Shown here: piece by piece, positions 1 to 8,444 of the stretch
How positions within the stretch are numbered: position 1 is the first letter of the stretch
Layout of the letters: every line of letters starts with the position of its first letter
Assembly: GCA_002269645.1 (NCBI GenBank)
Contig: NIVC01001391.1
Location: 124,001-188,000 of the forward strand
Reading direction: 5' to 3'
Source of the DNA: Macrostomum lignano
Lineage: Eukaryota
Length of the DNA stretch: 64,000 bases
Notes under the pieces: model-generated
Database searches by the model: none
Told to the model about the DNA's origin: nothing
What the model saw: only the letters and a program-made list of their open reading frames with translations
Position numbers and translations under genes: made by a program

Positions 1-1097
1 AATCCCCTTAGCAATGAGCTAGAGCTCATTAAAATAGCTATAAACCCAATCCGGAAAATTTGCAGTTTTCCCATATAAGTTTCAACGCTGACTTGCCAGT
101 AGTCTAGGAGAAAAATTGCAACACGCAGACAATCATCGCACCAGTTTTAGTATTAAGACGAGGCCAACTCCTCCTTCGGAGAAGAAAGGGGAAGAACTCC
201 CATCACCGGAATTCCATTCCCTGAACTCCATCAGCCTAATCCCATTTTCCAACAGCTCTCCGCGCAATAGAAATCGTCTCCGTGAAACTGAACACCATCG
301 AAATCGTCTCCGTGAAACTGAACACCATCGAAATCGTCTCCGTGAAACTGAACACCATCGAAATCCTCTCCGCAAAATAGAAATCCTCTCCGTGAAACTG
401 GACTCAATCGAAATTCCTCCGTCAAACAGAACTCAGCTCTCAGAATTCATTGGTTAGGGTTAGGGTTAGAGCTACACACAGCTGCATGTTGAAGGGGACC
501 GGTAAAAAAAGCATTTTTTCTCATTCAGTCAATATCATGGTCTCAGTTAGAGTTACCAAAAAGATTGCGCAATCTAATTCAACCCTCCAATACACAGCGA
601 CCGATCCCCTTCCAGTACGCAGTGGCAATTAAAAGTTGAACTGATATCTTTCCCTTATGCAGAAAAGCATGCTTTCGAATCCTCATATTTTGAATTTCGA
701 ATTATTTATAGCTCGTAGCAAAAGCTCAAGAAGTTGAAGCTTAGTCTATGGCCATAGACATATTATTATTTCTCAAGTGCTCACTGCGAGAAATATTTAT
801 TTATTTTTAGCTCATAGCATCCAAGCCACAATAAGTTGAAGTTTAGTCTATGGCCATAGACATATTGAGCTCTCACTGCGAGAAAAATACACTAATTAGA
901 TAGGGAAAGTACAGTTTTTTGAATATTTAATCCCCTTAGCAATGAGGTAGAGCTCATTAAAATAGCCTAAAGCCTGCTCCGGAAAATTTGCAGTTTTCCC
1001 ATATAAGTTTCGACGCTGACTTGCCAGAATTGTAGGAGTTTACTTGCAACATACAGACAGACAGACAGACAAACATCGCAGCACTTTTAGTATAAGG
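1..1097 (+). mobile_element. Non-autonomous Helitron/Helentron-like (HINE-type) repeats: two copies of a ~165-bp end module (1-160 and 929-1097)
   Basis: Direct repeat AATCCCCTTAGCAATGAG..TTTTAGTAT at 1-160 and 929-1097. The second copy contains (CAGA)n. There are two ~60-bp repeats carrying the palindrome GTCTATGGCCATAGAC (~745 and ~845) and a short (TTAGGG)n tract at ~453-469. Family assignment is by resemblance only. Confidence 0.4.
262..410 (+). repeat. 30-bp tandem repeat AAATCGTCTCCGTGAAACTGAACACCATCG, 3 perfect copies plus degenerate copies
   Basis: Identical units at 271-300, 301-330 and 331-360. Confidence 0.95.
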
Positions 1098-1106
1098 AAA
1101 GAAGAA

Positions 1107-1483
1107 GTATAAAGGGAAGTTAATGGCCTGGAGAGATGAAGTTTCCGGTTGTACACCGTTGGAGTTTGCATTTCTACGTCCGAAAAACTATTCAATGGTG
1201 TATGCAAAGAAAAGCCTCTGTCAGGCTCTTGTGCGTTGCAAGGGCGTGTCGAAGTCGATTGTAAGAGGTATGAAGCACAATGTATTTTTGAGTGTGTTGA
1301 AGGATCGAGTTTTGGAGCATGTAACGATGCGGACGATTACCTCGCGACGACAGAAGATTTATCTTCTTGAGCAGCGCAAGCAGGCGCTTAGCTTTTTCGA
1401 CACGAATGGCTCGATGTAATGCTCGAATGGCCTGGCTCGATCCCTACTCATCCCTCCCATTTGGTCATTGGCGGTTGACTTGA
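1107..1483 (+). pseudogene. C-terminal fragment of a Polinton protein-primed DNA polymerase B (GC-richer family)
   Basis: EFAFLRPKNYS..KGVSKSIV..TITSRRQKIYLLEQRKQALSFFDT and, after a frameshift, SLPFGHWRLT*. These match the pPolB C-terminal motifs EFxxLRPKxYS, KGV, KxALSxxDxKR and LPFGH. Confidence 0.8.
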
Positions 1484-1754
1484 CTTGTTCTCCCTGTCTC
1501 TATTTTCTGTCTGTTTATGCTTTTTCTGCTCACAATATATGTGCGCAATTATCGAATGTATATGCAAGAATCCGCCTTTCCTTCTTTCTTTTTGTATTTT
1601 TTTTCGTTTTTCTAGACCAATGATAGCAGTGCAGGGGATTAGTACTAGGCTTAGTTTTTTGGATTGGGACGAGGATTACGAGGGTAGTACTAGACTTATT
1701 TTAGAGGATGACAAACCTCCTAAGCATAAGAGGAACTATGATCCGGCAGCCACG

Positions 1755-2234
1755 ATGAGCCCCGACGCTTGCACGACGGTCCCGCTGCGCGTAGTGCTCA
1801 CGGATGCCGGGGCAGTGATGCCTCGGCGAGCTACGGCCGGGTCGGTGGGCTACGCCTAGCCACGTGCGAAGACCGCACTGTGGAGGCCTTTGACACGGCC
1901 ATCATTCGCACCGGCCTCCGGGTGATGCTGCCGCCAGGCACCTATGGTCGGATAGCGAGCCAGTCCAGTTGGGCCAACCGAAACCTCAATGTGCAGGGCG
2001 GCGTGGTTGACCCGGACTATACCGGGGAACTCCGCGTGATCCTGCACAACACGTCATGAGAAAGTTCATCTGCCGTGTGCCACCAGCGTGGCCCAACTGA
2101 TTCTGGAGCGCTGCGTCACGCCCCCGGTAGAAGTCGGTCGAGCTTGCGAGGGCCAGCTGCCGGGGGTGTGGCACCGACAACCGGAGCCGGTGGCGGTTCG
2201 CGAGACGGGTGACATGGGCAGCACTAACATGTGA
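1755..2234 (+). pseudogene. dut: dUTPase, two frameshifts (~1857 and ~2056)
   Basis: All five trimeric dUTPase motifs are recognisable across frames: AGSVGY(D)L, GRIASQSS, GGVVDPDYTGEL, VAQLIL and a variant motif V RETGDMGST. Confidence 0.9.
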
Positions 2235-2380
2235 TGCTGCTCGCGCCCGGAGCCCGTCGGTCAGTGGTGGGAATTGGTGGCGGCTTGTCACTTTGATTAT
2301 TAATACAAGATACTGCTCGTGGATTTAACCGCTGTGTGTATAAGTAAATGCAATTGGTTCTTTTGGTACAATTAAGTGGG

Positions 2381-2905
2381 ATGGGAACACAAGGCCGACA
2401 GAAGAAGAAGAAGCGAGTGCGTTCGACAGCAGCAAAGTCGACTCGAGCTAAGAAATCTCGTCGTCGAGGTCAGACGGGGTTTGGTATTGTTAATTGGGTA
2501 ATAAATCATCTCCCAGGGGAGCTTCATTTGCCGGGAAGTTACCAATTCTGCGGCCCCGGGACCAGATTGAAAGAACGTTTGGCGCGGGGCGATACTGGAA
2601 AGAATCGGCTCGATAAATTGTGTCTCTTACACGACCTGGCATACGAGAAGCACTCGGACGTGGCAGAGCGTTCAAAGGCCGATCAACAACTCGAAGCAGG
2701 AGCTCGAGAGATTGCTGCGGATCCTACAACTAAGTGGGGGGAACGTTTGGCCGCAAAACTGGTCCCGCGTTATGAACGTAAAACAGCGTTTGGGTGCCTA
2801 GAATGGACAGGCGTACATTCGACTTGCGATTTGCTCATGACTCGACGTTTATCGTCGCGGGTCCTTCGAATTCGGGAAAGACTGAATGGGTGCTTCGACT
2901 GGTAA
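2381..2905 (+). CDS. Parvovirus VP1u-like phospholipase A2 of a Polinton/adintovirus; intron-less allele
   Basis: ELHLPGSYQFCGPGT (Ca-binding loop), DKLCLLHDLAY (catalytic HD), and KADQQL. The 3' end is probably extended by decay. Confidence 0.9.
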   Translation: MGTQGRQKKKKRVRSTAAKSTRAKKSRRRGQTGFGIVNWVINHLPGELHLPGSYQFCGPGTRLKERLARGDTGKNRLDKLCLLHDLAYEKHSDVAERSKADQQLEAGAREIAADPTTKWGERLAAKLVPRYERKTAFGCLEWTGVHSTCDLLMTRRLSSRVLRIRERLNGCFDW

Positions 2906-3410
2906 GGGAGCGCTTGGGTCTGTTTCGAGTAGTACCAAGGCGTCTAATTTGGTGTCTCGGTACAGAGTTACATTCGTCTGAGGAAAAACGAGTTCGAGAA
3001 TGTTGGACGTTGGGTGGAAGTGGCGAATGTCACTTCGTACAGGGATTCCCCGATCAGTTGTTGGCTAGATTCAAACCGCACGATTTAGTCGTTGTTGATG
3101 ATTTGCAGGGTGAAGTTGCAAAGCAACGCGCTTTTACCGCTGTATTCACCAAATTGGCTCATCATACGCCATTGACTTGTCTTTATTTGTGCCAAAATTT
3201 GTTCGACCCTGCGGATCCTGAGGCAAGAAAAAGAAGTTTATCGACGAGTTATATCTGTTTAAGCCGAAACGTTAGGGATCGTAGCGCCGTTGAACATTTG
3301 GGTCGGCAGATGTACCCCCGAGCTAGTAGATTTCTGGTGCAGGCTTATGACGACGCGACGAGTGACAAGGCCTTCAGCTATCTCTTCATAGACTTACGAC
3401 AGACCACGTC
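2803..3410 (+). pseudogene. A32/FtsK-like genome packaging ATPase, truncated at an inversion junction
   Basis: Walker A GPSNSGKT, Walker B VVVDD, and AHH..CQNLF, RNVRD, LGRQMYP, AYDDAT, FSYLFIDLRQ. Homology stops at ~3410. Confidence 0.92.
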
Positions 3411-3640
3411 CTGGTCGCCGACCACGTCCAACCTGTTTTTTTACCACAGGTGTCTTTCTGCTTATACCCTTTTTCCTGACTTGTCGCCGCTTAACCACAA
3501 CTGGTCCATCAGTAGTCGTCAATCTACGTTTCTTACCCATTCCAATCGTCTTCTTCAGGAAGCTTAAACCGCCCTCTACTAAATCCTTCCGGGCTCTACG
3601 TAGCACGGGATTTAATGCGTTGGACTTGCGGCGAATTCAG
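3410..3640 (-). pseudogene. Basic (K/R-rich) Polinton core-like protein fragment, inverted relative to the ATPase
   Basis: PVLRRARKDLVEGGLSFLKKTIGMGKKRR..KKQVGRG resembles the basic QxGRG-ending proteins of Polintons. Confidence 0.5.
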
Positions 3641-3699
3641 TTAAATATACTTTGCAGAAATAAATGGCCAAGGCTAAGGAAGAATTGGATTTTGCATTC

Positions 3700-3878
3700 A
3701 ATATTTCTTTTAGAAGAGCGCTAGTGTTGGTTCGTGTGTCGTATAAGATAAGAAAGGTGAGATTTGTACCTTATCAAACGCCGGCTTGGGCGAGTTGCGT
3801 TTCGCTCGTTAGCTCGAATTGACGGAGGCGTATTACAGTTCGAGTGTAGGTGGTTGCGTGTAATTTACTAATACTACT
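3700..3878. mobile_element. Probable right terminus of a Polinton (..GTAATTTACTAATACTACT)
   Basis: Ends in ACTACT at 3878 and resembles the termini at 24255 and 30829. The matching left end was not found, so the TSD cannot be tested. Confidence 0.5.
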
Positions 3879-3957
3879 AACAAGCGCTGTTAAATACTGA
3901 GAAAATACTCAGAGAATGTAACATTTTACTCCGCTGTGCTCTTTATATTGAAAAAAC

Positions 3958-4302
3958 ATGCCTTCAAAGGGTGAGCTCGTCCTTCGCTACAAGGAGTCAA
4001 CGGCGAAAGTTAACCACTTTTACGACGAAATCGCTGCTGTTTGGCCTGAAACTGTATTGAAAGACTTAGATGTCAACATGATTTTGAAGTCGATACCTAT
4101 CGACTACAAGTTGACAAAGGAACGGGACCTTGTCGATCTTCTAGACAAGTTGGACGCTGCAAGAAGAAGCCAGGAAGCCGCGGCTGCTGCAACTACGCAA
4201 CAGGGGATCAAAGCCAATCGAAAAAGAAAATTGGAGGAGAAGAAGAGCGAAATATTTTCTAGCGTGGGTACCCGCTCGCCAACGAGTCAAGAGTTGCTTT
4301 AA
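3958..4302 (+). CDS. Hypothetical 114-aa viral-type protein with a basic NLS-like motif (NRKRK)
   Basis: Clean ATG-to-stop ORF with globular-looking composition; no family recognised. Confidence 0.45.
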   Translation: MPSKGELVLRYKESTAKVNHFYDEIAAVWPETVLKDLDVNMILKSIPIDYKLTKERDLVDLLDKLDAARRSQEAAAAATTQQGIKANRKRKLEEKKSEIFSSVGTRSPTSQELL

Positions 4303-4437
4303 CTAATATTATCATCTTTTTTTAATGTTCTTCATATTATTGTCTGTCCGCTCTATGAGAATTTTTTCGGATCGATGGAGCAATCTTATTATCATAAATA
4401 TATCAGTGAAGATAGGTGAAATTAGTGAATTGTGACT

Positions 4438-5008
4438 TGTGAGAAAAAATCACAATTTCTTAATGATTTCTGTAAAGTTATAGTAGCTGTCATAATTTTT
4501 TACGTAGGTTACTCCATACTTAATAAACCAGTGTCTTTGGAGAGCTAGATTAATATTAGGGACATTTATTGTGTGGTCTGGCCAATATTTTTTCATGTAC
4601 TCACTGCATTCTAGTTTGCATCGGTACTTACGAGTACTCTTGTAATTAGGCTCGTGCCTTTTGTAAAAAGAACCTGGAGAGACGAATGGAAGCATTTTTA
4701 ATTGAGAATTTAATTTTTTCAAAGGTAAGGACCCTGCGCCGAGGATCTGGTTTCGCATTGCGAATTGAATGTGGGGAGAAGAATGCAGATTATTTTCTGA
4801 TTGTTTCGAAGATGCTATGGGTGGATGTCGGTGGATTATGTCAGTGTCAGGGATAATATGGTTGGATTTAGGTGGATTATGTTCGAAGTTTACGGAGCAA
4901 GTGCGTCCCCTCTTTTTTCTGATTCTGTCGGGGATAATATGGATGGATTTAATGGGATTATGGAGGACGTTAAAAAAATTGTCCCAAAAGCCCCTCATGC
5001 ATTCTACT
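4438..5008 (-). repeat. Repeated module, copy 1: small ORF (MLPFVSPGSFYKRHEPNY..) plus ~60-bp GGATAATATGGATGG tandem units
   Basis: Near-identical direct copy at 23190-23960 and a more diverged inverted copy at ~19025-19570. Confidence 0.9.
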
Positions 5009-5014
5009 TATGGG

Positions 5015-5920
5015 AGTAGTAGTGTTATATAAGGGGCTGCGCCACACTTATTGCTCAAGCGCATTGCGCGCCAGCTCGCTGGATGACTCAGCCCCTTATA
5101 TAACACTACTACTGCCAGGTGGTCAGAGTTGCAAGGGGTGTGTGATATATGAATATACATATATCTGTGAGTGAGGGTGTTGAGGGTGAGGGCATGTGGG
5201 GGGCATTGACCTGTGGTATATTTCTCAGAATTTTTATACTTTTTAAAAAGGAGGGTGCCCTCGCCCTCATGCCCTCAGTCATTTTGAAAATCACAAAAAA
5301 TAACTGAAAATGACTAAAAACAGGTGAAAATGGTCTGAAAACAGCAATTTTTCGTGATTTTCAAATTTTTGAAAAAGTGAAATTTTCACGATTCCAGCTC
5401 TAAAACCATGAGAAAAGTTGGATTCACGGGTCAATTCAAAACTAGGACGTTGGGTCCTAGTTGGGTCCCAATGTTAGGACGTTTGGTGGGTCTGTACGTG
5501 GACGTCTGTACGTGGACGTCGTGGAGTCTGGACGTGGGTCTGTAGATGAGTATATATATATATATATATATATATTTTACTATCGTTGAATTGGATGACA
5601 CTTTCATATTGTATATACCTGAATTGCATTGAATTGATATATATCAAATATATATATCAAATATATATAAATATATATATATATATATAAATACAAGTTT
5701 ATTTTATATACATAAAATAAACATATACATATATAAACATATATAAACATAAACATATAAACATATAACATATATATATATATATATATATAATGGCCTT
5801 CAGTAAACCATTATTTCTAGGAAACGCTTAGATATTCAGTCAGCTATAACAAAACTACCACCCATCTTCGCCACTGGAAAGTATCCTGGCGAATTTCATA
5901 TTCCAGGCTATTCTTTCGCA
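5015..5920 (+). repeat. Left TIR of element A (partner ~16275-16928), with (TA)n tracts and the PLA2 5' exon
   Basis: Reverse complement matches 16275-16928 apart from a left-only insertion/inversion at ~5440-5790. Confidence 0.9.
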
Positions 5921-5923
5921 GGT

Positions 5924-6817
5924 TACGTAGTGGCCTGAGTGAGGAAGTCAATGTCCTTGCTAGTCATCGAATAAGCACTTGTTAAATTTTCTAAAGTAAA
6001 AATGGAGCAAACAATTCGAAAAATCCTTCTGAAACCAATTGATGATAAGGTTGGGCATGATCAAATTCTTCATGATCTTTTCCAAGAAGAGTTAATAATT
6101 TCACACAAGATTAAAGTTATTCAAATGAGACTAGGCAGACTATATGAAATATTAGCAGAAAATTATTTTATATTCGAGAAGGTAAAAAAGATAGACCTGG
6201 TTCACGTTGAGCGAAAGATTGCATTAGAGCTTAAATCTTCTGATAACAAGGACAATTCATCAAGTCGTGAAAGGAATTATCAGAAACTATTAGACTATAA
6301 AAATTCTTATCCCACCTATCAGTTGTATTATGTATGCATCAATAAAACTACAAAGGAACCTAATAATATTTTACTACACAATGAAATCACCCTTATAACA
6401 GGAGAATTTGCATTAAAATTTTTTATGGGGATCAATACAAAAACATTATAACCAACATTAAACAAGTGCTTAGTGATTGGCAACACCTTCAAATTGCGGG
6501 AACTCCGTCCGAACGAAGTTCGAGTACCTCAGGTACGTCAACAACAGCCTCAAGTACCACTTCAGTTGAGAAATCTTCTGAAGGAACACAGGTAATTCCT
6601 GTTCCCAATCGGACTTCGTCCGCGATCCTATGGTTCGATGGTAACAAGCTTGAAGACATGGTGGAAATCCGCAGCCAAGCTCGTAAGTCCGAACGAAGTT
6701 GACAAGGATATTGAGAAGGTTCAGAGACTTAATGGGGGTGGGGCTGAAGGATCTGGTCAATCCTGATGATGCCTTAAGATAAAGTCCAGCCTCTTTCGAA
6801 AGATTGAGGATCGACTG
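5924..6817 (+). ncRNA. Group I self-splicing intron, subgroup IC1-like, 894 nt
   Basis: P1 CAGGU(5919-23)/GCCUG(5933-37) with the U.G pair at the 5' splice site. P2.1 UUGCUAGUC(5957-65)/GAUUGGCAA(6475-83). P3 CACCUUCA(6484-91)/UGGGGGUG(6733-40). P4 UGCGGG(6495-500)/UCCGCA(6668-73). P6 GCC/GGU. P7 G-A-GACUU(6724-30)/AAGUCC(6782-87). J8/7 UAAGAUA. P8 GGGC/GCCU. P9.0 AG/CU. Omega-G at 6817. Removal restores the GPGT motif in frame. Confidence 0.95.
6002..6451 (+). CDS. Intron-encoded PD-(D/E)xK restriction-endonuclease-like protein (putative homing endonuclease), 149 aa
   Basis: Intact ORF in the loop closed by the stem TAAGCACTTGTT(5972-83)/AACAAGTGCTTA(6461-72). Motifs QMRLGRLYE..IDLV..IALELKSSDNKDNSSS; strong Kozak context AAAATGG. 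Confidence 0.75.
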   Translation: MEQTIRKILLKPIDDKVGHDQILHDLFQEELIISHKIKVIQMRLGRLYEILAENYFIFEKVKKIDLVHVERKIALELKSSDNKDNSSSRERNYQKLLDYKNSYPTYQLYYVCINKTTKEPNNILLHNEITLITGEFALKFFMGINTKTL

Positions 6818-8013
6818 CCCGGTACAAATTTAGACAAAAGACTCAATCCAATTACAGACCGGCCTCGGTATGACAGTCTACCAATTAACCCAATCGATTG
6901 GACTGCTTACTATCATGACAAAAACTATAGAGATGCTGAAAACACTTCTTCAAATCCAGAGGAAGCTCTAGCAAAGAAGCATATAGCTGATGAAAAAATG
7001 ATAGCTGATTTAGATGCTATTCCAACCAGCGACTTGTCTGTGAAGGAGAGACTCATTAGAAATCTAGTAAAGCGTATTATCAAAGCTAAAGTTCGGTTTG
7101 GATTAGGCATTCATACTCACAACCCCAACAATTGTATAGACTGTCTAACCATATACGGCAATAGTCTTAGCTATGAAGATGCTTTGAAATTGCATAAAGA
7201 AAATCGAAAGCCAAGAGTGTTTAGAAAAATGATTCACTATGCAAAAGACACAATTTGGCATGCAGATATCATTATCCTACCACCTGAAAGAGGTTACAAA
7301 TATGCTCTCACTATCATAGATGGTTTTACACGTTACGCTTGGGCAGTTCCTTTAAAAACAAAGACGGGAGCGGAAGTTGCATAAGCTTTCCAAAAAGTAT
7401 TTCAGGAATCAGGAAGACGTTCAGAGAGACTTTGTGTAGATGAAGGCAAGGAGTTTTATAATCAGCATATGTAAAAGCTATACTCGTTTTCAAAAGACAA
7501 CATTAGAAAGAAAGATGAAAATGGGGAGTATATTAACAAGATGTTCTCAATTTATGGTGAGTCTAAGAATACAATGATTGAGAGGTTAAATCGTACTCTC
7601 ACAAATAAACTCTGGTTTGAATTTGATCTACAAGGAAACCAGAAGTGACTCCACATATTGCTAGCTATTGTTGATAAGTACAACAACACAATCCATTCAG
7701 AGATTCTGATAACTCCTTCAGAAACATCTAAACATCCTGAGCGAGTACCAAAGCCTTCATTTGAGTATTCAAATGAGAAACAAAACTTCAAAGTAGGTGA
7801 CAAAGTTCATATCTATAGATATAAGGAGCACTTTGAAAAGGGTCGAAGAAGTTATTGGAAAATTTCAGAAGTGTTTAGGATAAACAAATAGTTTATAATA
7901 GAAAATAGTTTATTCAAATCCAATAACCTACATTATTGAAGATGAGAATGGAGAAGAAATTATTGGATCATTTTACAAATCCCAGCTTCTACCAGCAAAT
8001 TTTTCAACTAAAA

Positions 8014-8436
8014 ATGAGCGCTTACCGAACAAACTGCAAACGGGCGAAAGGTCAGATTGAAACGTCAGATTCACAGCTACTAGCTGATAAAGAGGGTGAA
8101 GGAATTGGTGATATGATCAGTGGTGTCACAAACTTTTTATCAAATCATGGAAGTAAAATTGTGAGTGGAGCTGATGCAATAGATAAAACAGCTACCACAG
8201 CGAAGAACATATTCGATGCGAAGAAATCATACAGTGACATGTCTAAAGCAGGTGAGGAACTGGAATATATTAAAAAGAAACGTAGAGAAAAAGAAGCAAA
8301 GAAAAGAATGGAAGAAGAGCAACAGATAGCTTCTCAATCAAATAAGGCTATTCAAGATATTGTTAAAAAGGCTCTAGGAACAGCAGAACAGTCTCAAGTG
8401 TCTTTGAGACAAGGCAATGGTTTGAAGAAATTCTGA
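8014..8436 (+). CDS. Polinton core/cement-like protein (GEGIGD motif, coiled coil)
   Basis: KEGEGIGDMISGVTNFL followed by a charged coiled coil and a C-terminal QGNGL. Lies downstream of the integrase. Confidence 0.55.
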   Translation: MSAYRTNCKRAKGQIETSDSQLLADKEGEGIGDMISGVTNFLSNHGSKIVSGADAIDKTATTAKNIFDAKKSYSDMSKAGEELEYIKKKRREKEAKKRMEEEQQIASQSNKAIQDIVKKALGTAEQSQVSLRQGNGLKKF

Positions 8437-8444
8437 CCTTAAAA

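Larger units (their letters stand above)
5793..8060 (+). pseudogene. PLA2-integrase fusion gene interrupted by a group I intron (exons 5793-5923 and 6818-8060)
   Basis: Spliced sequence reads EFHIPGYSFAG|PGTNLDKRLNP..AYYHDKNY (PLA2). It continues in frame into an rve/c-integrase: IWHADII, LCVDEGKEF, MIERLNRTL, FKVGDKV, GEEIIGSFY. There is a 1-bp deletion at ~5828 relative to the right TIR copy, and in-frame stops at ~7382, ~7472 and ~7647. Confidence 0.92.

Noticed and set aside
453-469. TTAGGG repeats as a telomere
   Set aside because: Only about three units, embedded in a Helitron-like repeat, which is common in such elements.
6466-6760. ORFs 6466-6702 (+) and 6470-6760 (-)
   Set aside because: They overlap the ribozyme core (P3-P8) and are incidental frames in structured RNA.
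5924-6817. The insertion as a spliceosomal or group II intron, or a twin-ribozyme (GIR1) intron
   Set aside because: It does not start with GT or end with AG, no domain V or GUGYG was found, and there is no room or motif for a second ribozyme. The group I core explains it fully.
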